A DNA stretch of 63,028 nt, filler included, from Octopus bimaculoides (GCF_001194135.2; 8 parts of 8 records of this genome joined end to end with filler, not necessarily neighbours in it); one strand, 5' to 3'. Shown: positions 1 to 13,145, counted from the whole stretch's first letter. Notes: generated by a model not told the origin, from the sequence alone. Translations and numbers: made by a program.

Positions 1-312
1 AGAAGAAGAATCAAGAGGCGGGAAGGAGAATAGAGGAGAGAGAAGCGGGACGAAGAAGGATATCAATGGGGAGAAGGAGGTGGAGAAGAAGAAGAAGAAG
101 AAGAAGGAGAAGGAGAAGAAGAAGAAGAAGAAGAAGAAGGGGAAGAAGAAGAAGAAGAAGAAGAAGAAGAAGAAGAAGAAGATGAAGAAGAAGAAGAAGG
201 AGAAGTAGTAGAAGAAGAAGAAGAAGGGGAAGAAGAAGAAGAAGAAGAAGAAGAAGAAGAAGAAGAAGAAGAAGAAGAAGAAGAAGAAATGAAAGAAGTA
301 GAAGAAGAAGAA
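1..312 (+). repeat. (GAA)n-dominated purine microsatellite
   Basis: Long gaagaagaa runs with occasional gga/gta interruptions; the poly-Leu ORFs on the - strand are its translation. Confidence 0.95.
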
Positions 313-681
313 AATGATCACGGTAAAGAAAGATGACGATGTAGAAGGAGGTGATGATGACGAGAACGAAAGAAAATGAAGGAATTACAGAAAGAACTAG
401 AAGGAGAACGAAAAGTGGTGAAGAAAACAAAAATAACAACAATAATAGGAAGAACAAATGCACAAAAGAGCACAACAGCAACAACAATAACAACAGCAAC
501 AACAGCAACGCCAGTAATAAAACACGTAGGAAACTCAAAGCGGGAATAGAGAGAGCAATAAAAGCAGAGGTCTTCCCAGCAACCCACAGCGCCACCAAAC
601 GGTACCTTGAGCAATAACAGCCACAGCAAAATAAATAACGTATACAGCAACAACATCATGAGTACCATCGACGACAACAAC

Positions 682-731
682 AACAACAACAAATACTACT
701 ACTACTACTACTACCACTACTACTACTACTA
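682..731 (+). repeat. (AAC)n followed by (TAC)n microsatellite
   Basis: aacaacaac...tactactac seen directly. Confidence 0.9.
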
Positions 732-1009
732 TATAAACAACATTACAACAAATATAACAAGAAGTCGAGTTATGAAGAATCGACCAGATGAAAGGAAAGG
801 AATGGTTGAGGAATTTAAGAAAATCTGCCTCTTTGGTTTTGGTTTTTGGTTAAATTGCAGAAACTGACTTTCATCAAATCAGTTGATGGAGTTCTTCGGT
901 TTGTTGTTTCTACAGGATTATTTACCATTTTTCTGCTTCTCTTTTGATGGATTTTGTCAGAGAAAATATCAAGAAAAATAGAGAAGCATAAAATAAACTT
1001 TAAATGTGT

Positions 1010-1493
1010 ATACTAATGTATACATACATACATACATACATACATACATACATACATACATACATACAGACAAATATATATATATATACATATATATATA
1101 TATTTGTATATATACATGTATTATGTGTATATATATATATATGTATGAATATATATATCATTGTATATATAGATATACATACATGTATATATTTACATAT
1201 GTATATATATATATGCATATAAATGTATATATGTATATACATATATATATATATATGAATATACATGTGTATATATATATATGTATATGTGTATGTATAT
1301 ACATGTATATATGTATATACGTATATATGTGTATATATATATGCATGTGTGTATGTATACGTGTATGTATTCGTGGATGTATACGTGTATGTATGCGTGT
1401 ATATACGTGTGAGTGTGTGTATGTGTGTATATGTATAAATAGATTGCATGTACGAATGTATGTACGTGCATATATTTATAAGTATGTACATAT

Positions 1494-1524
<31 letters not shown>
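1010..1524. repeat. Compound (TACA)n/(TA)n/(TG)n low-complexity tract running into a gap
   Basis: Seen directly; source of the Y/I/C/V-rich ORFs. Confidence 0.95.
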
Positions 1525-1997
1525 NNNNNNNNNNNNNNNNNNNNNNNNNNNNNNNNNNNNNNNNNNNNNNNNNNNNNNNNNNNNNNNNNNNNNNNNNNNN
1601 NNNNNNNNNNNNNNNNNNNNNNNNNNNNNNNNNNNNNNNNNNNNNNNNNNNNNNNNNNNNNNNNNNNNNNNNNNNNNNNNNNNNNNNNNNNNNNNNNNNN
1701 NNNNNNNNNNNNNNNNNNNNNNNNNNNNNNNNNNNNNNNNNNNNNNNNNNNNNNNNNNNNNNNNNNNNNNNNNNNNNNNNNNNNNNNNNNNNNNNNNNNN
1801 NNNNNNNNNNNNNNNNNNNNNNNNNNNNNNNNNNNNNNNNNNNNNNNNNNNNNNNNNNNNNNNNNNNNNNNNNNNNNNNNNNNNNNNNNNNNNNNNNNNN
1901 NNNNNNNNNNNNNNNNNNNNNNNNNNNNNNNNNNNNNNNNNNNNNNNNNNNNNNNNNNNNNNNNNNNNNNGTGTGTGTGTGTGTGTGTGTGTCTCTC

Positions 1998-2043
<46 letters not shown>

Positions 2044-2055
2044 TTATATAAATAA

Positions 2056-2266
2056 TTCTCTTTTACTCATTCACTTGGTTCAGTCATGCTGGAGCACTGC
2101 GATTAGTCCAACAAACTGACCCTATTTCTTATTCTTTGCAAGCCTTGTTCTTATGATTACCGGTCTCTTTTGCCATACTACTAAGTTACGGGAACGTACG
2201 CACACTAGCGTCGGTTGTCAAAGTGATGGTGGGGGTACAAACATACACACACACACACATACACAA

Positions 2267-2300
<34 letters not shown>

Positions 2301-2455
2301 ATGCATAACCATACACGCACACACAAACACACACACATGTATATATACAGGGTGTCCACAAGGTCTGGGTACATGGAGTAAATAAAATCATAACATAAAC
2401 AATTAAATATAAGAAATAATAATTTCTTAAAGTATGTGCTATATACATACATACA

Positions 2456-2498
<43 letters not shown>

Positions 2499-2600
2499 CG
2501 GGCTTCTTTCAGTTTCCATCTACCAAGTCCACACACGAGGTTTTGGTCGGGCCGAGGCTATAGTAGAAGTCATTTGTCCAAAAGCTGAGAGATTTTCTTT
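2056..2600 (-). mobile_element. tRNA-derived SINE with internal microsatellite (3' half 2056-2245, 5' half 2496-2600)
   Basis: 2056-2245 is the reverse complement of the repeat at 46725-46925 and 49650-49870 (ttgacaaccga...cgtaacttag...ccagcatg...ctgaaac). 2496-2600 (ttctttcagtttccatctacc...ttggtcgg) matches 23566-23722 and 55091-55170. Both halves share orientation and are separated by (CA)/(TA) repeats. Confidence 0.7.
2346..2430 (+). mobile_element. Tc1/mariner terminal fragment (TA|CAGGGTGTCC...)
   Basis: Starts TA-CAGGGTGTCC, the same terminus as the DD41D element at 45312. No second TIR is visible. Confidence 0.45.
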
Positions 2601-2903
2601 GTAGTAGCTGTTTTCAATAAGTTTCTGTATCAGAGATAACATCACGATGACACGAATCGGTAGCAAGCCTATCGTTTCGTGTCCTCATAATCGTTCTTTC
2701 ATGTAACTCTTTATCGTTTAACTAGATCAGCTTAAATATTACTGTCATCTACATTGTGACTAATCTGTATTCTCCACTCATTTCTATATTTCAACGATAT
2801 TGTGATAGATTACAAACAGTACGGCATTTAGTCTGACGCTTTAGCGATTTACCGAACTGTCTATTTAAAGAGACAGTTCGGCAGATGGCCTTCTCATAAT
2901 AAC

Positions 2904-2962
<59 letters not shown>

Positions 2963-2977
2963 CGACGACGACGATGA
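2904..2977 (+). repeat. (GAT)n/(GAC)n microsatellite
   Basis: Seen directly; source of the poly-His ORF 2791..3039. Confidence 0.95.
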
Positions 2978-3228
2978 TAGCCGTTATTATAATAGCTGCG
3001 AAAATAACACCAATAATAGTGTTCTAAATAAAAATACACGAAATGTCAACAAATGTCCTTCCTCTCTCTCACTGACTGTCTGTCTGTATCTCTCTATATA
3101 TACATGCATATATATATATATACATATATACATACATATATAAATATTATATATACATATATACATGCATATATATATATATATATATATATATAGGATA
3201 TATTATAAATAAAAAATAAATAAATAAA

Positions 3229-3275
<47 letters not shown>

Positions 3276-3982
3276 NNNNNNNNNNNNNNNNNNNNNNNNN
3301 NNNNNNNNNNNNNNNNNNNNNNNNNNNNNNNNNNNNNNNNNNNNNNNNNNNNNNNNNNNNNNNNNNNNNNNNNNNNNNNNNNNNNNNNNNNNNNNNNNNN
3401 NNNNNNNNNNNNNNNNNNNNNNNNNNNNNNNNNNNNNNNNNNNNNNNNNNNNNNNNNNNNNNNNNNNNNNNNNNNNNNNNNNNNNNNNNNNNNNNNNNNN
3501 NNNNNNNNNNNNNNNNNNNNNNNNNNNNNNNNNNNNNNNNNNNNNNNNNNNNNNNNNNNNNNNNNNNNNNNNNNNNNNNNNNNNNNNNNNNNNNNNNNNN
3601 NNNNNNNNNNNNNNNNNNNNNNNNNNNNNNNNNNNNNNNNNNNNNNNNNNNNNNNNNNNNNNNNNNNNNNNNNNNNNNNNNNNNNNNNNNNNNNNNNNNN
3701 NNNNNNNNNNNNNNNNNNNNNNNNNNNNNNNNNNNNNNNNNNNNNNNNNNNNNNNNNNNNNNNNNNNNNNNNNNNNNNNNNNNNNNNNNNNNNNNNNNNN
3801 NNNNNNNNNNNNNNNNNNNNNNNNNNNNNNNNNNNNNNNNNNNNNNNNNNNNNNNNNNNNNNNNNNNNNNNNNNNNNNNNNNNNNNNNNNNNNNNNNNNN
3901 NNNNNNNNNNNNNNNNNNNNNNNNNNNNNNNNNNNNNNNNNNNNNNNNNNNNNNNNNNNNNNNNNNNNNNNNNNNNNNNNNN

Positions 3983-4015
<33 letters not shown>

Positions 4016-5190
4016 CACTTGAAATTCTATAAGATTTCAAAGGCAAATAAGCATCAACTGTTAGCAAGCCAAGCTACTCCAGACTAATGAAGAGCAATGA
4101 CTCTGAAACTAGTCTCTGGATACTGGGTTAAGGTGCTTATCTCCTCTGTTTAAAAAAATTAAGGACACAGAACGCTTGTATCACATAGCCAACTGGAAAC
4201 GGGGTTTCCTATGGCTATATAGCAGTAGCATTTGTCCATTTCCTAGGACTGCCACATTAAGTTGACAACAAACCATCAAAATATTAATCATTGACGTCAT
4301 TTCGTTTTCAAGTCGATGACATTACCACTCCTACCCACTTTAGCATGGCTGCAGTCCAATCACTGAAACAAGACATGGAAAGTAAACGACAGATGCATGT
4401 GATTAACTTTCAAGCTAAACAATACAGCAACCCGAGAACTGTCCTGAAATTGAAATAATGTAACGTGGGTGTATCTTATATGACTATGAGATGATATATA
4501 TCGAATGTCATATACTTACTTCTGTTCGTTCGAAGTGGCTGTCAAATTATTCCTTCTAGAAATTGATAAATATGTACTCTGCTAAAAAGTATTGAGTGTT
4601 GTCTTTCAGCTTTATGTTAAATTATTTTTTATATTTTTTTAAATATGATTTCAAATAAAAGCAAACAACATATGTGTAGAGATAGGTAGGTAGATAAACA
4701 GTTAGATAGANNNNNNNNNNNNNNNNNNNNNNNNNNNNNNNNNNNNNNNNNNNNNNNNNNNNNNNNNNNNNNNNNNNNNNNNNNNNNNNNNNNNNNNNNN
4801 NNNNNNNNNNNNNNNNNNNNNNNNNNNNNNNNNNNNNNNNNNNNNNNNNNNNNNNNNNNNNNNNNNNNNNNNNNNNNNNNNNNNNNNNNNNNNNNNNNNN
4901 NNNNNNNNNNNNNNNNNNNNNNNNNNNNNNNNNNNNNNNNNNNNNNNNNNNNNNNNNNNNNNNNNNNNNNNNNNNNNNNNNNNNNNNNNNNNNNNNNNNN
5001 NNNNNNNNNNNNNNNNNNNNNNNNNNNNNNNNNNNNNNNNNGAGACACAAATGAAAAAATACTTATTTAATGGTGGACGTGATGCTTTTTTCGTTTCTTG
5101 TTATATTTTTCTTTCTTTTCTTTTCTCTCTCTTTCTTTTTTTTCTGAAGATGGAACACAAGTGATATTGGATGCATATCTGACTAAAATG

Positions 5191-5193
<3 letters not shown>

Positions 5194-5239
<46 letters not shown>

Positions 5240-5278
5240 AGAGAGAGGGAGAGAGATAGATAGATAGAGAGAGAGAGA
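5194..5278 (+). repeat. (GA)n microsatellite
   Basis: Seen directly. Confidence 0.95.
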
Positions 5279-5727
5279 CGTATGTCATATGACAAGTTTC
5301 AAATGCACTCAACTACTATAGGGTCATGCAAAAAGAGAAGAAAGAGAGAAAAATCGAAGCAGTTTTTACAGTGTTTTAAAAACAATAAAAACATTTAATC
5401 TTTTTTATGCATATGCTGATGAACGTCAATAAACTCGTAAAACATAAAACAGAGTCCAATTTATTCAGGCCCCCTCTTTATGTATATTGATTTTTGATTT
5501 TTCATGTTTTTGTTGGTTTATTTTTATTTTGTTTTGTATCTTTTGTCGGTATGTAATTTCAAAAAAAATTAGAAGTCCAATATTTTTTTTCTAATTTCTG
5601 AGTGTAGACGCCGACTGGAAGTTCGAAACATGACTTGTTCTTTTGTTGCTCATTACGCGTGATAATTGGAGGCTTCAATGCATGCATATTATCTTGCAAA
5701 TGTATGCAAACATTAGTGTCAATGGAA

Positions 5728-5848
5728 TGAGCAGAAATGTTAGCGCGTCGCACAAATTGCTTAGCGGCATTTCTTTACGTCACGAGTTGTAATCCCGCCC
5801 AAATCAACTGTGCTTTTCATCTTTTTGGGGTCAATAAAATAAAGTTCT
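5728..5848 (+). mobile_element. SINE family A, degenerate copy
   Basis: gttagc...gcttagcggcatttc...ttttcatctttttggggtcaataaa aligns by eye to the copies at 5852 and 6083. Confidence 0.65.
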
Positions 5849-5851
5849 TAG

Positions 5852-6085
5852 GGCGGCGAGCTGTCAGAAACGTTAATACGCCGGGCGAAATGCTTAGCAG
5901 TATTTCGTCTGCAGTTACGTTCAGAGTTCAAATTCCGCCGAGGTCGACTTTGCCTTTCATCCTTTCGGGGTCGATAAATTAAGTGCCAGTTACGCACTGG
6001 GGTCGATGTAATCGGCTTAATCCGCTTGTCTGACCTTGTTTCTCCCCTCTGTGTGTGGCCCCTTGTGGACATTAAATAAATAAGA
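5852..6085 (+). mobile_element. SINE family A with alternative 3' tail
   Basis: ggcggcgagctg head, B-box-like gagttcaaattcc, conserved central gcctttcatcctttcggggtcgataaattaag. The tail differs from the 6083 copy. Confidence 0.85.
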
Positions 6086-6280
6086 ATCGTTAGCACGCCG
6101 GGCGAAATGCTTAACGGTACGTCGTGTCTTTACGTTCTGTGTTCAAATTCCGCCGAGGTCGACTTTGCCTTTCATCCTTTCGTGGTCGACAAATTAAGTA
6201 CCAGTTGCGTACTGGGGTCGATCTAAACGACTGGCCCCTCCCCAAAACTTTCGGGCCTTGTGCCTAAAGTAGAAAATGAT
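6083..6280 (+). mobile_element. SINE family A
   Basis: Same head and core; tail ...ggccttgtgcctaaagtagaaaa is shared with the copies at 15979, 31404 and 44388. Confidence 0.85.
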
Positions 6281-8485
6281 ACTAACACCTGTCTGTTTGC
6301 CTAAGTAGCAGTCGCAAGTCAACCAAAGACCAGAATTTCGCTGCTTTTATTTGCGATGATGTAATGCTAAGTTACGTCACCATTACGTACCATAGATATT
6401 TTAGTGACAGGCAAGAACAAAGACATTCTCAGGAATAATCTGAGTGTTATCGAGAATCAATTCTCCAACGGCAGATTTTCAGTACAAGAGCTAAGGACTA
6501 TTTTCAAAAATACTATCCGCCACTGCTGCGTGGGTGACATTCATGATTCGAGATAAACTGTGTAAGCATTATAAGGCCATCAGCCGGACCTGATCGAAAC
6601 GAAGGCAGGGTAGTGAAACTGTTCCACATGCATTCTCTATATAGATACGCATTACTGACTTATATAATTACGTCAAGTATCTGTTGGTTGCATGGAAAAT
6701 GGACCGGCTTTCAGCCTTTTCACTTTGAAGATCTCAACACCATCATTCTTTGGTCAGCAGTGAGAGGAATTTGCTCTCTGTCTGATGTTCCCGAGAAAAA
6801 AGAAATAAAAATCGCTGGTGGTAGTCACCTTCTCCCTTCGGCCAACCTCTTAACGTCTTCTTCAACTTATCTGGAAGGATATGTCTGGGTGAAGAGAGAG
6901 AAGTACTGTGAGCCAACAAATTCTAATTGTGTAGGATAGTTGTACAGTCTGCTTGCGTAATCTTGTTCTACTTTGCTCTCCAGCTCTGCACCTCGTGGCA
7001 AATAAAATTAGTTCTATTTATAATTGATGTTGTAATTTGTCTTGATACTGCTGTTGACTGCATCACGTAAAGCTAATTTCTGTGACTGCTTTTGTTTGGT
7101 GGTTTCATACATTTGTTTGCTTTAACCTAAGTTACATTTGCTTATTCTTTTGTTGTTAACATGACAGTTAAGAAAGCGATTAATTGGGACAATGATTAAA
7201 GCGTCGGAAATATATCTTGTCGTATAAAATCATCTTAGTTACGGGTCTTCTCGGGCTGCCATCCTTCCACAGTCGATGAAACTGAATCTGAGTCAAGTCT
7301 TGGTTCGATCGTATTCAGCTCTAACTTTCCCTTTAAAACTGCGGCCTTATGATTATGTTAATCATTTTTATATTAAGCATCCTTTTTATAGTTGTATCCG
7401 TTCTCCATGAAATGGAATGCATTTTAGTAATTACAATTTCTCCCGGATTCATATCCGAAATTCATTTCAACATTGCTAGAGTTGTAACGGTGGGGAGATG
7501 GCTTCCAATACAGGCGGAGAAAACCTTGGCTCTCCTCAAATGCATAATGGAAGTGAGCATATTTTGAATGGCGCTAACATTTGACTAGTTATGACATTAA
7601 AGCCAGCACTAATAGCATTTTGTCTGATCTTCAACCAATTCTATATTTCCACCACCTTGAATGGAAGAGAAAGGAATTTGAAATGTAGATTTATTGGTGA
7701 CTGATAATTAAATACATGACTGCTGTTATTTCTGAATATATGAACACATACAGAACGAGCTCAGCTTCATTTACACGTCATAGCTCTCAGCGGACCAAAC
7801 ATTATCAGTACGCTAGGACTCGCTATTTTATTCGGCCGATTACGAGATTTTTGCAACGTTCTCTCGTTCTGGAGTAAATGGCATGATTACGTTCCTGAAA
7901 ATCGTAGATAAAGGTTTTGTGCGGAGAGGAGTAAAATCCCAGCAGTTCTCTTTGTAGATAACGTTATAATGTCTACTAGTTATACTCAATGTTAGGCTTG
8001 TATTAGTAGAGAAGAAGGAAGTTTGCAAATAACTCTTAAAGTTATTTAAGCAGTTCAATTGCACAACAATTTATAAAATCAAAATGGATGACAATGATGA
8101 TGCTATTCACTTACAACACAGAAACACAGACAATAAAACCATCATCAGCTCCTCTCCCACACATTTCATTGCGTTCCTAAGTTAGTATTAGATCTCTTAT
8201 TTAGGGCAATGAAAAGATCGCAATGCGCCCTTATTCTTCATGCGTTCTTATTTTTACCTTTCTAAGCAGCACATTGGTTCTTCCAAAGTTTGTATCTGGT
8301 TGCCGTGGTTTTAGTTTGATTTCTTTAGGCGATCTGGTTGCTGGCTGGTATTTTTAAGGAAATAGGTTAGTAGCCCTCGATCAAACTTTTTAATTTTACC
8401 TAGGGTGGGGTAATTTATCTCATTTAAATATTATTGACCTGTTGAGGCACCGTATTTCGTTAAGGAACCATAATATACTACAAAG

Positions 8486-8740
8486 TACGAGGGAGAGTAA
8501 AAAAATATACGTACTCTTGTTTTTCATTATACTCACACAGATAAACAAGTACGTCATTTTTCTATATAGCCTCCTTCCTTTTCGATGCACTTTGTCCTGC
8601 AGTACACAAACTTGCACATTCCCTTCAAGAAGAAAATTTTCGGTTGGTCATGCAGCCATTTATGCACCGCTTCCTTCAGTTTATTCGCCAGCAAAGCACT
8701 GTATCCTGCACTGTTGATCGTACACCCCTTTTCCAGAGAA
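8486..8740 (-). mobile_element. Internally deleted mariner relic: 3' TIR plus transposase C-terminus
   Basis: TA|CGAGGGAGAGTAAAAAA TIR-like end at 8486. The - strand reads LEKGCTINSAGYSALLANKLK joined directly to EAVHKWLHDQPKIFFLKGMCKFVYCRTKCIEKEGGYIEK*, a mariner C-terminal pattern missing the catalytic DNA..SPDL segment. Confidence 0.75.
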
Positions 8741-8869
8741 ATCCGATCACCGCTCGTTGTCCTTCTTCGGTGCACATTGCTAGTGCAGTGGCCACGCTTA
8801 CGCTGTAAGCCGGAAATAAAAATGGCGCGATCAGGCTCAAACTATTATATGGCTAGGACTTTATCTGTT

Positions 8870-8945
8870 CGACCCCAGAAAGAAGACAGGTAAAGTTGAC
8901 CTCAGAGAGATTGGAACTCAGAACGCAAAGAGCCAAAGCAAATAA
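8870..8945 (-). mobile_element. SINE family A fragment
   Basis: tcgacccc...aggtaaagttgacctc...ggaactcagaacg is the reverse complement of the family core. Confidence 0.55.
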
Positions 8946-9199
8946 CACAAGGCATCTGACTGGCATTCAAACAATTCTGTCGATCGATTTTACTATGAAT
9001 ATTTAATAACTGATAACCCAGTTTCCTTCAACAAGTCAAAGTAACAGTGTCTCTGAACTTACAACACAAACAAAGATAGAGAGATACATATAAACGAATA
9101 AAGTACAATAAACATATCGAAGAAGGTAATATGATGGAATCTAAAACAGAAAAGTGCAGAAGAACTTGGAAGAAAAAAGGCTTAAGCACTCTAAAGAGA

Positions 9200-9750
9200 C
9201 AAAACTCTGCAGAATGAGATATTTAACAGCTTGGAAGAGAAAATGCTATGGATGGTTAAGTTGTAAGTTATATTTCAGTAAATCTTGTTCCACGATTAAT
9301 GTGAGGAAGAAATGGGAGAAGCAGGAATATGAAATAAATTGAAGCTGATTGGAATGATATCAAACCTGTTCGGGGTATGCAAGAAAAAGAGAGACGAGAC
9401 AGTCCATAAATTGCTGTCTGGTTTTAAAATACTGGCTGGAAGAGAAAAAAAAATGTTAAAATTGATGCAATGATGATGGCCGAAATAGCTTGAACAAAAT
9501 GTATTGATTTGAAAATAATTCTGTGTTGTAGAAAACCAGATGTAATAAAGAGACAACAGTGGAGCATAAAAGAATAAAATTATATTAGGATTTTGAATAA
9601 TACTTGCGTAAAATCACAACTGATGGAAGACTAGATTTAATTTTTGAGAGAATATTGACCAAAAAGAGATGTTAATAGTTGATATAACTGTTTTATTGCA
9701 GACAAAAATATTCAATGACACTAACAACAAACACTGAGAAAGCAATAATT
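9200..9750 (+). mobile_element. Highly decayed R4/Dong LINE zinc-knuckle/RLE region
   Basis: Broken frames give DETVHKLLSGFKILAGRE (cf. ETV.H..SGC..LA..EY) and GRLDLIF (cf. RPD) in the expected order. Confidence 0.5.
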
Positions 9751-10648
9751 TTCTGACTTGAAAATAAGTGAAACGAAAAGAATTACAACGTGAACAGCAT
9801 TTTATATTAGATTGCTCTGAAGCAAAGGAATCTAACCATGGTTTCTTCGCAAACCCTCCTATATCGGTGAGCTTGAACCAAGTGATATCAGTTTCATTAT
9901 CGCTATTGTTTTTACCCTGGATTAGTCTTCATCATACAACCGTATAAGACGTTCCTTGTCTGGAAACATTTCACTATTTTGTTTTCTGAGAATGCATTCA
10001 TTGTCCAATGTGCTCGTCGTTTTTTGTTTTTGTTTTTGGTAATGTTTAATTTACAGCAAGTTTGGGTGTTGTTTGCAGCAACTTGAATGACTGCACAGGA
10101 GGTTGTTTGCAGTCCGCTTGGTCATTGAAAATAGTTGCTTAAAATGGAGAAAGTCTTGAAGTTGAAAAATTCAATGAGCAAGGTCCTTAAACGAAGGGAA
10201 GCAAATAAAATCAAGTACGTGCGTGGTGCGTCCATGAGTGTATGAGTGCATGCGTGCGCGTGTGNNNNNNNNNNGGGGGGGGTGATTTTATGTGCTTACC
10301 GAGCTGTCATATTTCAGAAATTTAGTGTCAACAAATAGTAAAGGAATTTTTCATAGCGTCACATTTTGGAATTCGCACTCGGCCTCTCCTGCTACTGCTG
10401 CTGCTGCTATACTACTGCTATACTACTGCTATACTACTGCTACAACTACTATTATTACTACTGCTGCTGCTGCTGCTGTCGGATGAATTATGTTAAACCA
10501 TTGGTACAAAAGGTTAAATATATATATGCATATATAAATATATATATTCACATATGCTTAGTGTACATTGACAGACAGGCACACATATATATAGATGTAT
10601 GTGTGTATGCAGGTACGCATGTATGTATGTATGTATCTATATATATTC

Positions 10649-10689
<41 letters not shown>

Positions 10690-10699
10690 NNNNNNNNNN

Positions 10700-10761
<62 letters not shown>
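10700..10761 (+). repeat. (AGAT)n microsatellite
   Basis: Seen directly. Confidence 0.95.
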
Positions 10762-10977
10762 TTCTTATATGCATGTAGAGAGATAGATAAATAGACAGTT
10801 TGCTGTACAAACATTTATATGTTGTAGACCGAGTGAAGGATTCTGTGCCAATTACTTTGTACAGTACGTCTTATTTAAACACAAATATATATATATTATA
10901 ACACGAGTTTCAATGCACTGCGATCTTCAGGCGAAATTTATCAATCATCCTATCTACAGTGGGCTACAAGTATATAA

Positions 10978-11023
<46 letters not shown>

Positions 11024-11265
11024 ACACACATACATTCACACACACATACTTACATACATACTTACATACATACATACATACATACATATGGATATATATA
11101 TATATACATATAAGAGAGAGAGAGCGGGATGGAGGGAGAGACCGACAGAGACACAGAGAGAGATAGGAGGAGGAGGGCGAAAGATTAGATAGTTAGATAA
11201 ATAGATAGTTAAATATATAGATAGATAAACGGAGTGATAGATAATGCGAAGCGCATTGTGTTCAT

Positions 11266-11324
<59 letters not shown>

Positions 11325-11902
11325 TATATATATATATCTTCTATTGCGCATTGCATAATACTTATTGTAATTCATATGATAAACGAAATATAAACGATAT
11401 AAACGGAAGGAAGAAAAAGATGAAGAAATATTGCTACAGAAGCCATTTTTTTTTATCAAAACAATCAAAATGGTATTTTTACTTTATACTACATTACAAT
11501 AGATTTTTGCAGATGGTATTATAAGATTTGGTGCACAGTTAGTAGTAACTATAGATTGTTGTCAAAGTGTCTAAAGGAAATCTAGCACAAATGTGTTGAT
11601 CGGAATTACGTTGCGTTAAGTATATTGGTTAAAATCGGTAAAGATGATGTTTGATAATGGAAATAACTGCGATAAGCAAAAAGAAAAAAAATTATTGTTT
11701 TCATTTATTCATTTACATATTATTTTTATTTTGCGAAATCTGTTGCTGATAACAGTGTTAGTTTATGTTCGTTTCAGATATCAACATATATCAACATATA
11801 TATATATATATATATATATATCGTTTCTGGTAACGAAGAATAAAAGATTACAGAATCATATGACTATGGTATGTGTATGTGTGAGTGTATGCGTACATAT
11901 AT

Positions 11903-11906
<4 letters not shown>

Positions 11907-11988
<82 letters not shown>
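11907..11988 (+). repeat. (AC)n microsatellite
   Basis: Seen directly. Confidence 0.95.
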
Positions 11989-11991
<3 letters not shown>

Positions 11992-12558
11992 GCGTGTATG
12001 AATGCATGTGTGGAAGTGTGTTTAAAAATATGTATGTATGTATCTATGCATATATGTATGTATGAGTATATATTAAAGAATCTATATATGCAAGTTAGTA
12101 TAATTTTGTTTTCCAGTTCGCCTATCTATCAATTAGTTTTTAACGAAGTGACAAAACTCTATTAAAGGAATATAGACACCAAAGTGAGTTTTCAATTCCA
12201 TGCTAAACTTTAGGAAAATCTTTCAGATTTCTACGGTTCTGCGTAGTAAATTCCTGCATTATAAAAATAAACACACTCTGGTTTGAGAATAATCTCTGAC
12301 ACTTGTATCTTCCGCCCCCTTTTTTCCCATCATCTGTAACAATGACTACCACCAAAGGTGGGATTAAATCATAAACCATAATGTGTTATTTGTTATTTTT
12401 CCTTCTATTGAAATCTCATATATTCAAGAGAATTGTTTAAACATGTGCAAATAATTGAAATCAAGTGTTTTTTACTGTACCACAGGCTCGCCATTGCTTT
12501 CTCTGGATGATTTTGATCCAGGGGTACCGTGCAGAAGCCCATCATATGTGTGTGTGTA

Positions 12559-12601
<43 letters not shown>

Positions 12602-13000
12602 ATGTGTTTATAACACTTGCGCTGTTCTAATTCATATGTGAATTTATTCCTACTTATGCATCGTTCAGGCATACCAATAGATGGCTTTAACACCATTTAA
12701 TCTAAAGTCATGGACAGGCTATACGATTTGCCTCTGGTTCGGTTTTGGTTCATGATGTTGATAAACCACAAAACTGATGAAACATTGATATCCATCGATC
12801 CTGAATGGGATTTGGAGTGAGTTGTCTCGCCTGTCCATGACTATGACTTTCAGTTGTCTTAACACCCGACACTTTAACAGGGTCATCTCCACCGTGTCAA
12901 ATCGTAGCCGACCGGACTAACCACGTTATATTACTACACAGCGTAAGGGGGAGCCAAGCTGTAGTCATACGACCTGCTTAAATTAGTAGAAAAATGTCCC

Positions 13001-13054
13001 TAAAACCTAGATTAGAGTTTTAAAGACTCTAATCTAGGTTTTAAGATTAGAGTC
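13001..13054. repeat. 18-bp perfect inverted repeat with 7-nt spacer plus a third partial arm
   Basis: taaaacctagattagagt (13001-13018) and actctaatctaggtttta (13026-13043); agattagagtc recurs at 13044-13054. Confidence 0.9.
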
Positions 13055-13145
13055 GTGTATCTGCATAGGTGAACGGAGGCTTGTTCAGGTTTATATTTAC
13101 CGCTTCCATGTACCCATTGTAGAAAGGATTACTTGTCGTTGTTCA

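Noticed and set aside
5410-5450. CTGATGA followed by an ACG/CGT mini-stem (hammerhead?)
   Set aside because: GAAA is absent (TAAAA/AAAA instead) and no stem I can be formed.
6613-9556. Short unique-looking ORFs (e.g. 6613..6939, 7349..7567, 8442..8717)
   Set aside because: No recognisable motifs or splice context; the only informative ones are the TE fragments already listed.
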